A stretch of DNA of 64,000 nucleotides from a virus. Location of the stretch: IMG/VR virus record IMGVR_UViG_3300023184_000105, positions 3,926-67,925 of that record; one strand, written 5' to 3'. Each line of letters starts with the position of its first letter. Within the stretch, counting starts at the first letter, position 1. This document shows positions 18,166-27,399 of the stretch, one piece after another. The translations under genes and the position numbers were made by a program. The notes beneath the pieces are model-generated. The model was not told the origin of the DNA. It saw nothing but the letters and a program-made list of their open reading frames with translations, and made no database searches.

Positions 18166-18936
18166 TTATGCTTCTAATTGTAAAAGTGTTAGCGTAACTG
18201 TTACAGCCTGTTGTCCTGCAGATAAATTAGTTACTGCGGCATATATTGTTGAAGTTGTAGTTGTATCATCATTAAATCCAATTACCCCCGGGGTCATTAA
18301 TACCGTTTGCGCCCCTGATGTGATTACTTCGGCTATGACACCTGAACCCGGAGTAGGATCGGTAGTTTGTGCTCTTGAACTATCGCTAGTTCTTGCTGCA
18401 CTAGTTGTATATAATCTGACCCAGGCGTCGATGCTTGTAGATATTTTTAACAATGCATAAGATTTAAATCCTGTAAAATAAGTAGTTCCAGTAGTTCCGG
18501 GATAAAGAGATCCGGTCATAGCAACATGAGTTGTTCTTGAATACCCACCACCTGCGCTTGCACTGATGGTACCATCGCCGGTGATTGACACACCACTACC
18601 AATTTTAACTCCGCCTAATACTGAGGCCGTTGCTGTGGTTAGTGTGTAAGTACCTCCAGTACTAGTGCCAGCACTACCTGTATAACCTACAGTACCAGTT
18701 GATCCTGTATAACCTACAGTACCAGTTGATCCTGTATAACCTGTATAACCTTGGGTACCAGTTGACCCCGTATAACCAACACTTGCACTGCCTGTATATC
18801 CAACTGCGCCATCTGATGTTAGTTTACTACGTAAATCCTGATACGAATATCTTCGTGTAGCACCGTTATTAATTACAACAAATGTTGTAGTAGATATAAT
18901 TGATGATGTAGTAGTTAATTGTGTAATATTTGGCAT
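18166..18936 (-). CDS. Collagen-like repeat virion fibre/decoration protein
   Basis: G-Y-T-G-S-x triplet repeats and ATASVLGGVKIGSGVSITGDGTIS head-fibre-like motif. Confidence 0.7.
   Translation of the reverse strand: MPNITQLTTTSSIISTTTFVVINNGATRRYSYQDLRSKLTSDGAVGYTGSASVGYTGSTGTQGYTGYTGSTGTVGYTGSTGTVGYTGSAGTSTGGTYTLTTATASVLGGVKIGSGVSITGDGTISASAGGGYSRTTHVAMTGSLYPGTTGTTYFTGFKSYALLKISTSIDAWVRLYTTSAARTSDSSRAQTTDPTPGSGVIAEVITSGAQTVLMTPGVIGFNDDTTTTSTIYAAVTNLSAGQQAVTVTLTLLQLEA
18677..18800. repeat. Collagen-coding tandem repeats (27-nt unit CCTGTATAACCTACAGTACCAGTTGAT and variants)
   Basis: Two exact copies at about 18677-18732 plus degenerate copies. Confidence 0.8.
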
Positions 18937-18941
18937 GTTAA

Positions 18942-19424
18942 TTATCCCGTTGTTAAAATTTCTCCAAACTCATCTGTTATTGTTTCCGAATTTTCATCAT
19001 ACAAAATAATTGGATTAATAGGGGGAGGAGTAGGAGTAGTTATGGCAAAGCCATCTATGATATTTCTTTGTACTTGAGGATTAGGTTTAAATGTTTGAGC
19101 ATAACCTAATGAACTTGTTTTAAATCTATTATAATTTAGTATTTCAGATACAAGACCCGATAATTCAACATTAGTCAATCCTTTTAATGTGTCTAAAATT
19201 TGCATGGGATTATACCCATCTTGCTTAGACTGTGTGATAATGGTTATAGCAATTGACTCTGCTGCAACATCTCCAAAACCTCTGTTAACAAAATAGCCTT
19301 TCATAGCGGCCAATACTGTTGAACTAATTTCTATTGGAGATGTTTGATAATTATCAAATGCTTGTACTGTTGCATTAGTTTCTGCTTTTTCGGCAGGCGG
19401 TACGTTAGAAAAAGTTTGAGACAT
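18942..19424 (-). CDS. Hypothetical structural protein
   Basis: 160-aa ORF in the tail operon; Pro linker then an acidic LYDENSETITDEFGEIL tail. Confidence 0.65.
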   Translation of the reverse strand: MSQTFSNVPPAEKAETNATVQAFDNYQTSPIEISSTVLAAMKGYFVNRGFGDVAAESIAITIITQSKQDGYNPMQILDTLKGLTNVELSGLVSEILNYNRFKTSSLGYAQTFKPNPQVQRNIIDGFAITTPTPPPINPIILYDENSETITDEFGEILTTG

Positions 19425-19426
19425 TT

Positions 19427-20611
19427 TTAACCTTTAGGTGGAAATAATATCGCGGCAGGATTTGCTCTAATTTTACCGTCAACTGTTGTATTAAATCCTT
19501 TGAATATATTAATACCAACACCGCCGGGTAATGTAAACACACCCGGTTGGTCTTCTGTATTTGGCGGACTTGCGTATTTTCCTGGCCCACTTCCAATTTG
19601 CCCCATTACGCTACCTGCTATGTTGTATACGGTGGCTTTTTGTCTAGTTAATCCGCTTTCGTTTATGTAATTTTTAGCAAGGATAGTTGCAAGTTGTTGA
19701 ATTAATCCCGGAGTCTGTGGTCTAATTACTCCATATGCTCTAGCATTACCTCTTTTATCAAATCCCGGATTACCTTGTCTAGGAGGTGTCCCAAATACTG
19801 AATTTTTACCCTGTTGGTCAAATGCTGATACTCCCCTAGGATCATATGTAACATCATTTGGTCCTATGCCTGCAACATTATAAGGGCTTGGCTCTTTGTC
19901 ATAGTATTGCGCTGCAAACCCTGGTGGATTTTGAGTAGGTGTAATTATTCCACCATCATACATAACACTTTCATATGCAAGTGTCATTTTATTCTTTAAA
20001 ATTTTAGTACCTTCCTGATCAACAGCATCATGTTCCCAGTTAACAATCTTAGGATTGATTAAAGTATATCTGGTAAATTGATGTTGATGCAATACATATA
20101 AACGTATTTGATTAAAAAACGGAACTAATATTCCATTATCATACAATCCATAACTATAATCTTTGATTGAGTATTTTGTATCACGAAATGCTTGTGTATC
20201 TAAATTACTATCATTAACATAATTTTTATAATAATTTACCCACATATTATGTGTAATATCACTATTGTCGTCATGAAATTCTATGCTAACATTGTTATAG
20301 GTAAGTTTAGTAGCAATTTGAGTTTTTCTATTATATTGATTTAATGTTTCATTATTGATAGTAAATTTAGGAAGGTCTGCTTTTTTAGCAAGTAATCCCA
20401 CATCTAACCAATCATTATTGGCCCACCAATCATATTCTGGCATTATACCTGCCCGATTAATATCTAATTCTACAAAATACAAAAACCCCATTTTGGGGGC
20501 TCTAGCATATGTACTATCAATATACAAGCCGCTGGCATGTTGATAGTCCCTCATTATGGGACCATATCCTTTGCCAGTTAAAAAATTAGTAAATGCGTTT
20601 CCGTCGCTCAT
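19427..20611 (-). CDS. Tail-tube-fold baseplate/tube initiator protein (gp48/gp54-like)
   Basis: KADLPKFTINNETLNQYNRK...YNNVSIEFHDD is a tube-like motif; directly downstream of the tube gene. Confidence 0.6.
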   Translation of the reverse strand: MSDGNAFTNFLTGKGYGPIMRDYQHASGLYIDSTYARAPKMGFLYFVELDINRAGIMPEYDWWANNDWLDVGLLAKKADLPKFTINNETLNQYNRKTQIATKLTYNNVSIEFHDDNSDITHNMWVNYYKNYVNDSNLDTQAFRDTKYSIKDYSYGLYDNGILVPFFNQIRLYVLHQHQFTRYTLINPKIVNWEHDAVDQEGTKILKNKMTLAYESVMYDGGIITPTQNPPGFAAQYYDKEPSPYNVAGIGPNDVTYDPRGVSAFDQQGKNSVFGTPPRQGNPGFDKRGNARAYGVIRPQTPGLIQQLATILAKNYINESGLTRQKATVYNIAGSVMGQIGSGPGKYASPPNTEDQPGVFTLPGGVGINIFKGFNTTVDGKIRANPAAILFPPKG

Positions 20612-20616
20612 AATAA

Positions 20617-20622
20617 TATTTA
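20617..20622 (-). promoter_or_regulatory. Late promoter TAAATA, 5 nt before ATG
   Basis: Minus strand CTAAATA-TTATT-ATG. Confidence 0.65.
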
Positions 20623-20625
20623 GCC

Positions 20626-20657
20626 AAAGAAAAACCTGGCTATTAAACCAGGTTCTT
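20626..20657 (-). terminator. Intrinsic terminator after the tail tube gene
   Basis: AACCTGG-8 nt-CCAGGTT stem with TTTCTTT tract on the minus strand. Confidence 0.7.
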
Positions 20658-20675
20658 CTAATTTAGTTAATTTGA

Positions 20676-21323
20676 TTAACCTGTTGTTAATCCTTGTGCT
20701 GTTGGTGGTCTTACAACACGACCAACATCTAAGCCAACACCGCTGGATGTTCCACCAGGCGCTTCTAATTGAATTGCGTTATCAATGGAGATTGTCATCT
20801 CAATTTCTAACGGATCGTTCTTAGCATAATCTCCACCTGAATATGTTACCTGTTTAACAAAACAACCTAGATATTCAAAACTTTCTAATGTTACAGGCTC
20901 GTAAGCACCGTTACCACCGTCGAGAATTTCAACACGCATTCTAAACTTATAATCAATACCTGCTGCTGCTCCTGCTTGCTCAAAAAAGTCAAACTGTTTC
21001 TGTAACTGTTCGCCGACTTTCTTACTAACTACTCCGCTTGCGTCATCGCGTATTTTTAGTTTTGGATCGCCCCACTTGTGTTTACCAAGCATTTTAACTC
21101 TGCTGTTATAAACGTCAAGGGTGAAATCGTCAAAAGTAAGTTCAGGACGACTTACAGTCATAACTTGTTTAGTCATTTCTGTAGTTGGTGTGCCTGCTAC
21201 TCCAAATTGATCTAACGTAACGCGAAAGCGATACGCTAGTTTTGGCATTAACAGTCCCTGTGTGGCCGCTGATTGTGACCCTGCTAATGGTACTGTAAAT
21301 CTATTCAAACTTCCTATTGGCAT
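20676..21323 (-). CDS. gp19: Tail tube protein
   Basis: Follows the sheath; YRFRV...VSRPELTF...GKHKW...IRDD...GCFVKQVTYSGGDY; AAGGAG ribosome-binding site and TAAATA at 21351-21346. Confidence 0.85.
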   Translation of the reverse strand: MPIGSLNRFTVPLAGSQSAATQGLLMPKLAYRFRVTLDQFGVAGTPTTEMTKQVMTVSRPELTFDDFTLDVYNSRVKMLGKHKWGDPKLKIRDDASGVVSKKVGEQLQKQFDFFEQAGAAAGIDYKFRMRVEILDGGNGAYEPVTLESFEYLGCFVKQVTYSGGDYAKNDPLEIEMTISIDNAIQLEAPGGTSSGVGLDVGRVVRPPTAQGLTTG

Positions 21324-21355
21324 ATAAATGCTCCTTAATCTATGTTATTTACCTA

Positions 21356-24304
21356 TTATAAACCGGCTTTGATATCACCAGTATTTTTCAGTCTTAGAGG
21401 AATGTAAATAAACTCAACTGCTTTTACGGGTTCGATAGCGATATCCATGTATAATTCGCTGCGATCAATTCTCGCAGGTGTATTGTTAGTTTCATCACAG
21501 ACTACAACAAAGTCATACAATGCACGTGATCCTACTAATTCAAGCATTAGGCTTTCTGCTGCTGCTTTAATTTCACGACGAGTCTGTGCATCATTAGGTT
21601 CAAACAAGAATGGTCTTGCAAGAATATCTAATTGACGACGTAGATAGCAAACTAAACGAGCAACATTAATTCTATCTAGGCTACTAGCATTTTTAGCACG
21701 AGTACGTTGACCGTATGCTACTAAACCTACACCTGTTAATGATGCGATAGGGTTAATTTTAACTTCGCTCAATACATCTCTCAAACTTTGATATAATGCT
21801 ACTGATTTAAATTCACCTTCACCGGTAATGTAACCCACTGATGTAGCATTATCAACTCCGCCACGACGTGTTCCTGCTGGAGCAAACCATTGGAAACTCT
21901 TGGCATCACTGTTGATAATAGTACGTAACATCATGTGGCTCGGTGGAACAACAATATAGTTGCCAGTATTATCGTTAGTGTAGCCACTTGGATAATACAT
22001 AGCCATATATTCATCATATGTTACCGCACCGTCATCATTGTTATCAAGTGCTAGATTTGTGTTTAGACCATATGCATGTAATGCAGTACCATTTGGCTCT
22101 AAACGGAACGGTGTATCACCAACAACAAATGCTGTGATACCTCGGTCAGTATTAAATCCAACCATATTAGCAATTGCTTCAGGATAACCAGGAGTTGCAA
22201 TCAAGTTAAACACAACTGTATCTGTATCTCTAATTCCAGAGTTTGTATCAAGAGTTGATTTAAATGCTGCCACAATTTGTGCTCTTTGGGCATGACGACC
22301 AAATACACCAGAACCGTCTTCGGCTACATTGTGTTGTGAAACCCAACGATCTGTTTTGTATGCAGCCATAGATTCTCCGCCAGATTTCGGATAACGAGCA
22401 TTTATTCCACTGTTAGCATATATATCAATATATCCTTGCATGTATTTTTTAACATTAAAGCCACTACGACGAGTATTGACTAAACGCATACCTGCTGGAT
22501 AGATAGAAGGATCAGGTGCATCAGGATCGAGATAGTTGCTAGTCAATAAGGTCTTGATTGAAGTAGGAGTTAATGTAGCACCTGATGATGCCCAACGTGC
22601 ATCGGCAAACAACCAACCATTTGGTGTTGATTGATCAGTAACATCTTGTTTAACCCAACCGTTTGCTGTACTATAAACATATATGTTTTTGCCATACATA
22701 TCCATATCTGAAGTATCAATCCAGATATCGTTTGCAACTACGGCGCCGCCTTGACTGTTTCCAGTTTGCGTATCAGGCATTGTAGCAGATACTATAGGTC
22801 CATTTGGATCAGTACTACCATATTTGTTTTTATACCCAACCCAACCATTTACTCCATCATGAACCATAATGTCTACTTCATCATGTATAGAACTGTACCA
22901 TAATTGTCCATCTGCAGGAACATTATATGGAGCGTATGTATGTGATTGATACGTTGCGGGTCTCCAGTTGGTTAATAAGAATTCGTAACCAGTATCTCCA
23001 CCGGGTGCAGTGTATACCCCAGGAATAGTATTAAAAAATCCAGAAGATAAAATTGGGGTGCCTGCTCCATCATTAATTTCAATATCGCCGCCTAGTCTAT
23101 GAGTAAACGTTAGTTTAAAACTTGCAGGATCATATGTTGCTGAAACATTTTTTAATCCTGATGCGGCTATTAATGCCGGAATATAAGATGCAATGGTTGC
23201 CCCAGGGTCGCCAGGACTCCATGAAATAGTTTTTTCTGTATCCCAAGCACCAGAACCTGCGATAGTTTCTCTAATGACAAATGCATATGTACCCAATACT
23301 GCTTGACTTGATGAAGCATCACTAGAAATAACAGTAGGACCAGTTTTACCACGGGTCCATATTTTAAAATCAGCCATTGAATCGGTACCATTTTCAATAT
23401 TAGATTCTATAAACACTGTTCCAGCAGGAATAACTGATCCGCCAGTTGAATCAAATGCTTTTGTTGCGGCTGGTAAAATACTATAAATTGGTGCTGTTAC
23501 AGCACTCCAACTCTTTGTTGCACTACTATAGCGTTTTACTTTCCAATCTGCTCCGTTGGTAGGAGTTGTTGTTGTAATCCAAACACTTTTATCTACGGTA
23601 AATGTAGGATAGTTATAGTGTTCACTTATTTGAAATTGTTTATTTGTACTGTCAAATAAATTTTTAACTGCTATCCATGTAAAACCACTACCCTTGTAGT
23701 ATAGTTTGATCCCTTTGCTAACTGATAAAACCATGCAATAATCGCCAGGTTGACCAACAGTGTTACTGGGGGCGTTACCGGAGAATTTGCTAGTATCAAT
23801 ATCATCATCATTTAAAACTATAGGAGTTTTAACTGTAAAAGTTTGTTTAGTATTATCCCATTCTTTAATACCAAATACAGTAGATGCAGTGTCAACCCAA
23901 AGTTGTCCATTGGTTGGACTTCCAAGAGGAATACTTGATTTTGGTAATAATTGTGCTGTATCAATATCTGCTCTTACAACATAAGCACGACTACTAACTC
24001 CTAGTAAACTATATGCTGCTTGTAAGCCATATTCATTTAGTTCATCACCGTGTAACGGATTACTACTAGCATCGGTATAAAACTGTGGAACGCCAAACGT
24101 GTCAGTTAGATCACGTTGTCCGGTCATTAACCATATTTTACCAGCATTAGCCGCTGTGGTGCCTAAAGCAGTTGTACCGCTTGGATTTTTTTTGTCTTGT
24201 GCAGACGCTACAAATATCATAGGCACGGTGCCTGGTGCTGATGGAGTATAAAAACTCTCGTCAATTACTTGTACACTTACGCCTGGTGAATTCAATGTTG
24301 CCAT
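21356..24304 (-). CDS. gp18: Contractile tail sheath protein (982 aa, with inserted domains)
   Basis: N-terminal LNSPGVSVQVIDES; C-terminal WFAPAGTRRG, INPI, YGQRT, LDRINVARL, FEPND and DETNNTPARID...IEPVKAVEFIYI. Confidence 0.96.
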   Translation of the reverse strand: MATLNSPGVSVQVIDESFYTPSAPGTVPMIFVASAQDKKNPSGTTALGTTAANAGKIWLMTGQRDLTDTFGVPQFYTDASSNPLHGDELNEYGLQAAYSLLGVSSRAYVVRADIDTAQLLPKSSIPLGSPTNGQLWVDTASTVFGIKEWDNTKQTFTVKTPIVLNDDDIDTSKFSGNAPSNTVGQPGDYCMVLSVSKGIKLYYKGSGFTWIAVKNLFDSTNKQFQISEHYNYPTFTVDKSVWITTTTPTNGADWKVKRYSSATKSWSAVTAPIYSILPAATKAFDSTGGSVIPAGTVFIESNIENGTDSMADFKIWTRGKTGPTVISSDASSSQAVLGTYAFVIRETIAGSGAWDTEKTISWSPGDPGATIASYIPALIAASGLKNVSATYDPASFKLTFTHRLGGDIEINDGAGTPILSSGFFNTIPGVYTAPGGDTGYEFLLTNWRPATYQSHTYAPYNVPADGQLWYSSIHDEVDIMVHDGVNGWVGYKNKYGSTDPNGPIVSATMPDTQTGNSQGGAVVANDIWIDTSDMDMYGKNIYVYSTANGWVKQDVTDQSTPNGWLFADARWASSGATLTPTSIKTLLTSNYLDPDAPDPSIYPAGMRLVNTRRSGFNVKKYMQGYIDIYANSGINARYPKSGGESMAAYKTDRWVSQHNVAEDGSGVFGRHAQRAQIVAAFKSTLDTNSGIRDTDTVVFNLIATPGYPEAIANMVGFNTDRGITAFVVGDTPFRLEPNGTALHAYGLNTNLALDNNDDGAVTYDEYMAMYYPSGYTNDNTGNYIVVPPSHMMLRTIINSDAKSFQWFAPAGTRRGGVDNATSVGYITGEGEFKSVALYQSLRDVLSEVKINPIASLTGVGLVAYGQRTRAKNASSLDRINVARLVCYLRRQLDILARPFLFEPNDAQTRREIKAAAESLMLELVGSRALYDFVVVCDETNNTPARIDRSELYMDIAIEPVKAVEFIYIPLRLKNTGDIKAGL

Positions 24305-24402
24305 ATATACTATCTCCTAATTGGATTGCTTCATTTATTTAGCAGGTATATGGAAAAATGCGGGGTTAAATACAAATGAAAAGGGCAGTAAAAAGGGCGC
24401 AA

Positions 24403-24741
24403 ATGAGAAATCTTTGTAAAGAATGTGGTCAAAGGCCAGTTGCTATTAACTATTATAAGGAAGGTAAAGCATTTTATAGATCAAAATGTGATCATTGTGC
24501 TGGCCAACGCAAAGAAGGAATTCCTTTGTGGAAAAAAGCAGGCTATAAAAAGAAAACCACATGCGATAAATGCGGTTTTCTTTCTAAATATACAGAACAG
24601 TTTAATGTATTTTATATTGATGGAAATCCGTCAAATTGTAAATATAGTAATCTTAAAACCGTATGTGCTAACTGTCAGAGAATTTTACATAAACTTAAAC
24701 TACCTTGGCGACAAGGGGATCTTGTTCCTGATCAATTATGA
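24403..24741 (+). CDS. Zinc-ribbon plus degenerate HNH-fold protein
   Basis: CKECG...CDHC, CDKCG and VFYIDGNPSNCKYSNLKTVCANCQRILH. Likely start MRNLC; the ORF track extends to 24376, only 3 nt after a TAAATA at 24367-24372. Confidence 0.7.
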   Translation: MRNLCKECGQRPVAINYYKEGKAFYRSKCDHCAGQRKEGIPLWKKAGYKKKTTCDKCGFLSKYTEQFNVFYIDGNPSNCKYSNLKTVCANCQRILHKLKLPWRQGDLVPDQL

Positions 24742-25360
24742 TTGATTGTATTTGTTCAAATAATGAATCAATAGTGGTATCATTAATAACCGTGTGGTCA
24801 ATCTTGCCGCCTGCCCAAGAATATTCACTTGCGTGAATTTTCATTCTTTCTAATTTTAGTTTGCTAAGTGCCCAATTAGCGTTTCCGTTAGGACCCTGAT
24901 TTAACGAAATAGCAGCATCAAACCATTCAGGCTCTGCTCCACGTTTAATACGGATAACCTTTCCCCCTGCATTATGAATTGCTTTGATTTCATTAGGAAA
25001 TCTAACATCACTAATAACAATGTGGTCTCCAGTCTTACGCATTTTATTTTCTAAACTGGCAATCCATATATCGTCATGAAATCCATGACGGCACACCTCA
25101 GTTCCCCAGTATTGTAGTACCCATCGTGGAGTAATAGTTTTACCTAATCGTTGACTCCACCATTCATCGGGCTGTTCGCGCCACTCCCGGGCTTCTTTTG
25201 TGCGACCTTCGAGTAATGTCCGATCCCATCCAAATACTGCTGCAACTGCATCTTTGAGTGTATTAGCAAAACTATCTCGCCTAAACCCATGTGTATTAAC
25301 CAAATAATCTGCGGCAGTATCTTTACCTGCGCCAATTAACCCTACAAAACCTATGATCAT
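24695..25360 (-). CDS. Deoxynucleoside monophosphate kinase (T4 gp1-like)
   Basis: GLIGAGKDT P-loop, SFANTLKD, TPRWVLQYWGTE, ISDVRFPNE and HASE. Confidence 0.93.
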   Translation of the reverse strand: MIIGFVGLIGAGKDTAADYLVNTHGFRRDSFANTLKDAVAAVFGWDRTLLEGRTKEAREWREQPDEWWSQRLGKTITPRWVLQYWGTEVCRHGFHDDIWIASLENKMRKTGDHIVISDVRFPNEIKAIHNAGGKVIRIKRGAEPEWFDAAISLNQGPNGNANWALSKLKLERMKIHASEYSWAGGKIDHTVINDTTIDSLFEQIQSIIIDQEQDPLVAKVV

Positions 25361-25381
25361 AGCATCCCCAAGTGATACTAT

Positions 25382-25410
25382 AATTTATTACATTTAGACT
25401 ACACTGTCAA
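25382..25410 (-). promoter_or_regulatory. sigma70-like promoter for the dNMP kinase
   Basis: Minus strand TTGACA (25410-25405), 17 nt, TAAATT (25387-25382). Confidence 0.6.
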
Positions 25411-25418
25411 GATTTTTG

Positions 25419-26177
25419 TTAACCGATTACAAATGTTAATGGTGTTCCACCATCTTTGTAATTTATTAGGTCAAGTTCGAGAGTTTCAATTTCGGCTTTA
25501 CCTTCACCTTTAAGTGAAGCGCCATTTAATTGTGTTGTTCCAGAAGGTGCAGCAATGCTGGCAAACTTTTCACGAGCCTCACCTAACATAAGTTTAGCGG
25601 TTGCTAATGAATAATCCTTTAACCATTGTCCCGCAAACTGATCTTGCATTAAATTAAAGTCCGGGCGATAGTTATATAACCACAGCATAACTTCTTCTTC
25701 GGCTCTAGGACGTTGCATAATTGTAAGTTTTTTAGTAGTTTTATTAAATGTAAAGTTAATTTCGCTACCAAACATCTTACCTACTAACTTTTGATAACTG
25801 GCAAAAGCATAATATGTTGCTAATCCGCCCATATTACTTGAAGTTAGCAAATATGTATTAGAATATGCTAGATTAAATGGTTCATATAATGTACCACCTT
25901 GGCCGCCGCCACTTCTACTACCAATGCTACGACGAAAAATCTGACGCACATTAGTTACTTCTTGAGGAAGAGTGTATTCATTTTGATCTAATTCTAATGT
26001 TAAAAACCCAAAACTTTCTTCTGCTGCATTGCTACTGCGTTGGCGGAATTTAGCCAATGCTCTATCAATAGCAGTATTATAATGTATAGGATCAAGTTCA
26101 ACGTCAACCATGCCAGAACCTAGCATTGCTTTAACATATTCTACTATTTTTTGGCGTTCGTTTTCGTTTTCAGTCAT
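25419..26177 (-). CDS. Neck protein gp13-like
   Basis: LGSGMVDVELD...IDRAL...WLKDYSLATAKLMLGEAREKF...LNGASLK; start taken as MTENE at 26177. Confidence 0.85.
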   Translation of the reverse strand: MTENENERQKIVEYVKAMLGSGMVDVELDPIHYNTAIDRALAKFRQRSSNAAEESFGFLTLELDQNEYTLPQEVTNVRQIFRRSIGSRSGGGQGGTLYEPFNLAYSNTYLLTSSNMGGLATYYAFASYQKLVGKMFGSEINFTFNKTTKKLTIMQRPRAEEEVMLWLYNYRPDFNLMQDQFAGQWLKDYSLATAKLMLGEAREKFASIAAPSGTTQLNGASLKGEGKAEIETLELDLINYKDGGTPLTFVIG

Positions 26178-26182
26178 GCAAA

Positions 26183-26197
26183 TATTTAGCATAAATA
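26183..26197. promoter_or_regulatory. Back-to-back divergent late promoters (TATTTA-GCA-TAAATA)
   Basis: Minus-strand TAAATA is 5 nt before the gp13 ATG; plus-strand TAAATA is 7 nt before the gp14 ATG. Confidence 0.7.
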
Positions 26198-26204
26198 CCT
26201 GACT

Positions 26205-27398
26205 ATGCCAAGACTATCAATGTACCGCCCTGAAAAGGGCAATGATTATAGATTTATAGATCGTATAATTAACGAAGAATTCCAAGTGGGCGGGACAGAT
26301 GTGTTTATACACAAATATCTAGGGCCAATGAATCCAGAAGAAGGCGCCAGCACACCTGCTGTTCCTAATAATTCCAATGCTATTCCTGAACTAGGGATAC
26401 AAGACTTATTGTTCATGGAAAACAGAGATCGTCACTATGCCCAAGATGTATATGTTATTCGTGGAATTTATACTATGCAAGATCTTGACTTCAATTTAAG
26501 TCAGTTTGGATTATTTTTAAACAATGATAACATTATGATTAACTTTCATCTTAAAGGTAATGTTGATGCATTGGGAAGAAAGATAATGGCAGGTGATGTT
26601 ATAGAATTACCCCACTTAAAAGATGAATATGCCCTTGATGATAGTCTTGTAGCATTAAGAAGATTTTATGTGGTATCAGAAGTAACACGCCCTGCCAGTG
26701 GTTACAGTCAAACTTGGTATCCTCATTTAATTAGAGCAAAATGTTCTCCACTTGTTGATAGTCAAGAATTTAAAGAAATACTGGATGCTGATAGCGGAGC
26801 AGAAGATGGTAGTACATTGCGTGATTTGTTATCAACCTACAAGAAAAATTTAGAAATTAATAATCAAATTATTCAACAGGCACAAGCAGATGTTGAAAAA
26901 AGTGGATACAAAACTGAACAATTTTATGTAGTTCCTGTTAGCACTGCTACTAACGGACTTGCAACACCAGAAGATACATCTATAGAAAACATAGATGCTA
27001 GTTCTGAATTACTTGATGCTAGTGCAATGTTAGCAACACCTAATAAAAATTACTATATAGGATATCTAACAGGTGACGGTATACCTCCAGATGGAATCCC
27101 TTATGGATTTGGTATTACATTCCCTAGTACTGCAATTGAGGGACAATTCTTTTTAAGAACAGATTACTTACCTAATAGATTATTTAGGTACGATGGACTA
27201 CATTGGATTAAGTATGAAGATAATGTGAGAATGACCACTAGCACATTAGGCGAAACACAAACTGATAACCCATTATTAGTAAGAAGAAAACTTAAATCTA
27301 GTTTTATTAATAATACAAATACAGCAACTATTGCAGGTGAAGTTGTTGTAGAAAAACAAGCACTAAGCAAAGTATTAAAACCAAGAGCAGACAATTAA
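26205..27398 (+). CDS. Neck protein gp14-like with C-terminal extension
   Basis: DLLFMENRDR...LSQFGLFL...GDVIELPH; lies between the gp13- and gp15-like genes. Confidence 0.72.
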   Translation: MPRLSMYRPEKGNDYRFIDRIINEEFQVGGTDVFIHKYLGPMNPEEGASTPAVPNNSNAIPELGIQDLLFMENRDRHYAQDVYVIRGIYTMQDLDFNLSQFGLFLNNDNIMINFHLKGNVDALGRKIMAGDVIELPHLKDEYALDDSLVALRRFYVVSEVTRPASGYSQTWYPHLIRAKCSPLVDSQEFKEILDADSGAEDGSTLRDLLSTYKKNLEINNQIIQQAQADVEKSGYKTEQFYVVPVSTATNGLATPEDTSIENIDASSELLDASAMLATPNKNYYIGYLTGDGIPPDGIPYGFGITFPSTAIEGQFFLRTDYLPNRLFRYDGLHWIKYEDNVRMTTSTLGETQTDNPLLVRRKLKSSFINNTNTATIAGEVVVEKQALSKVLKPRADN

Positions 27399-27399
27399 T

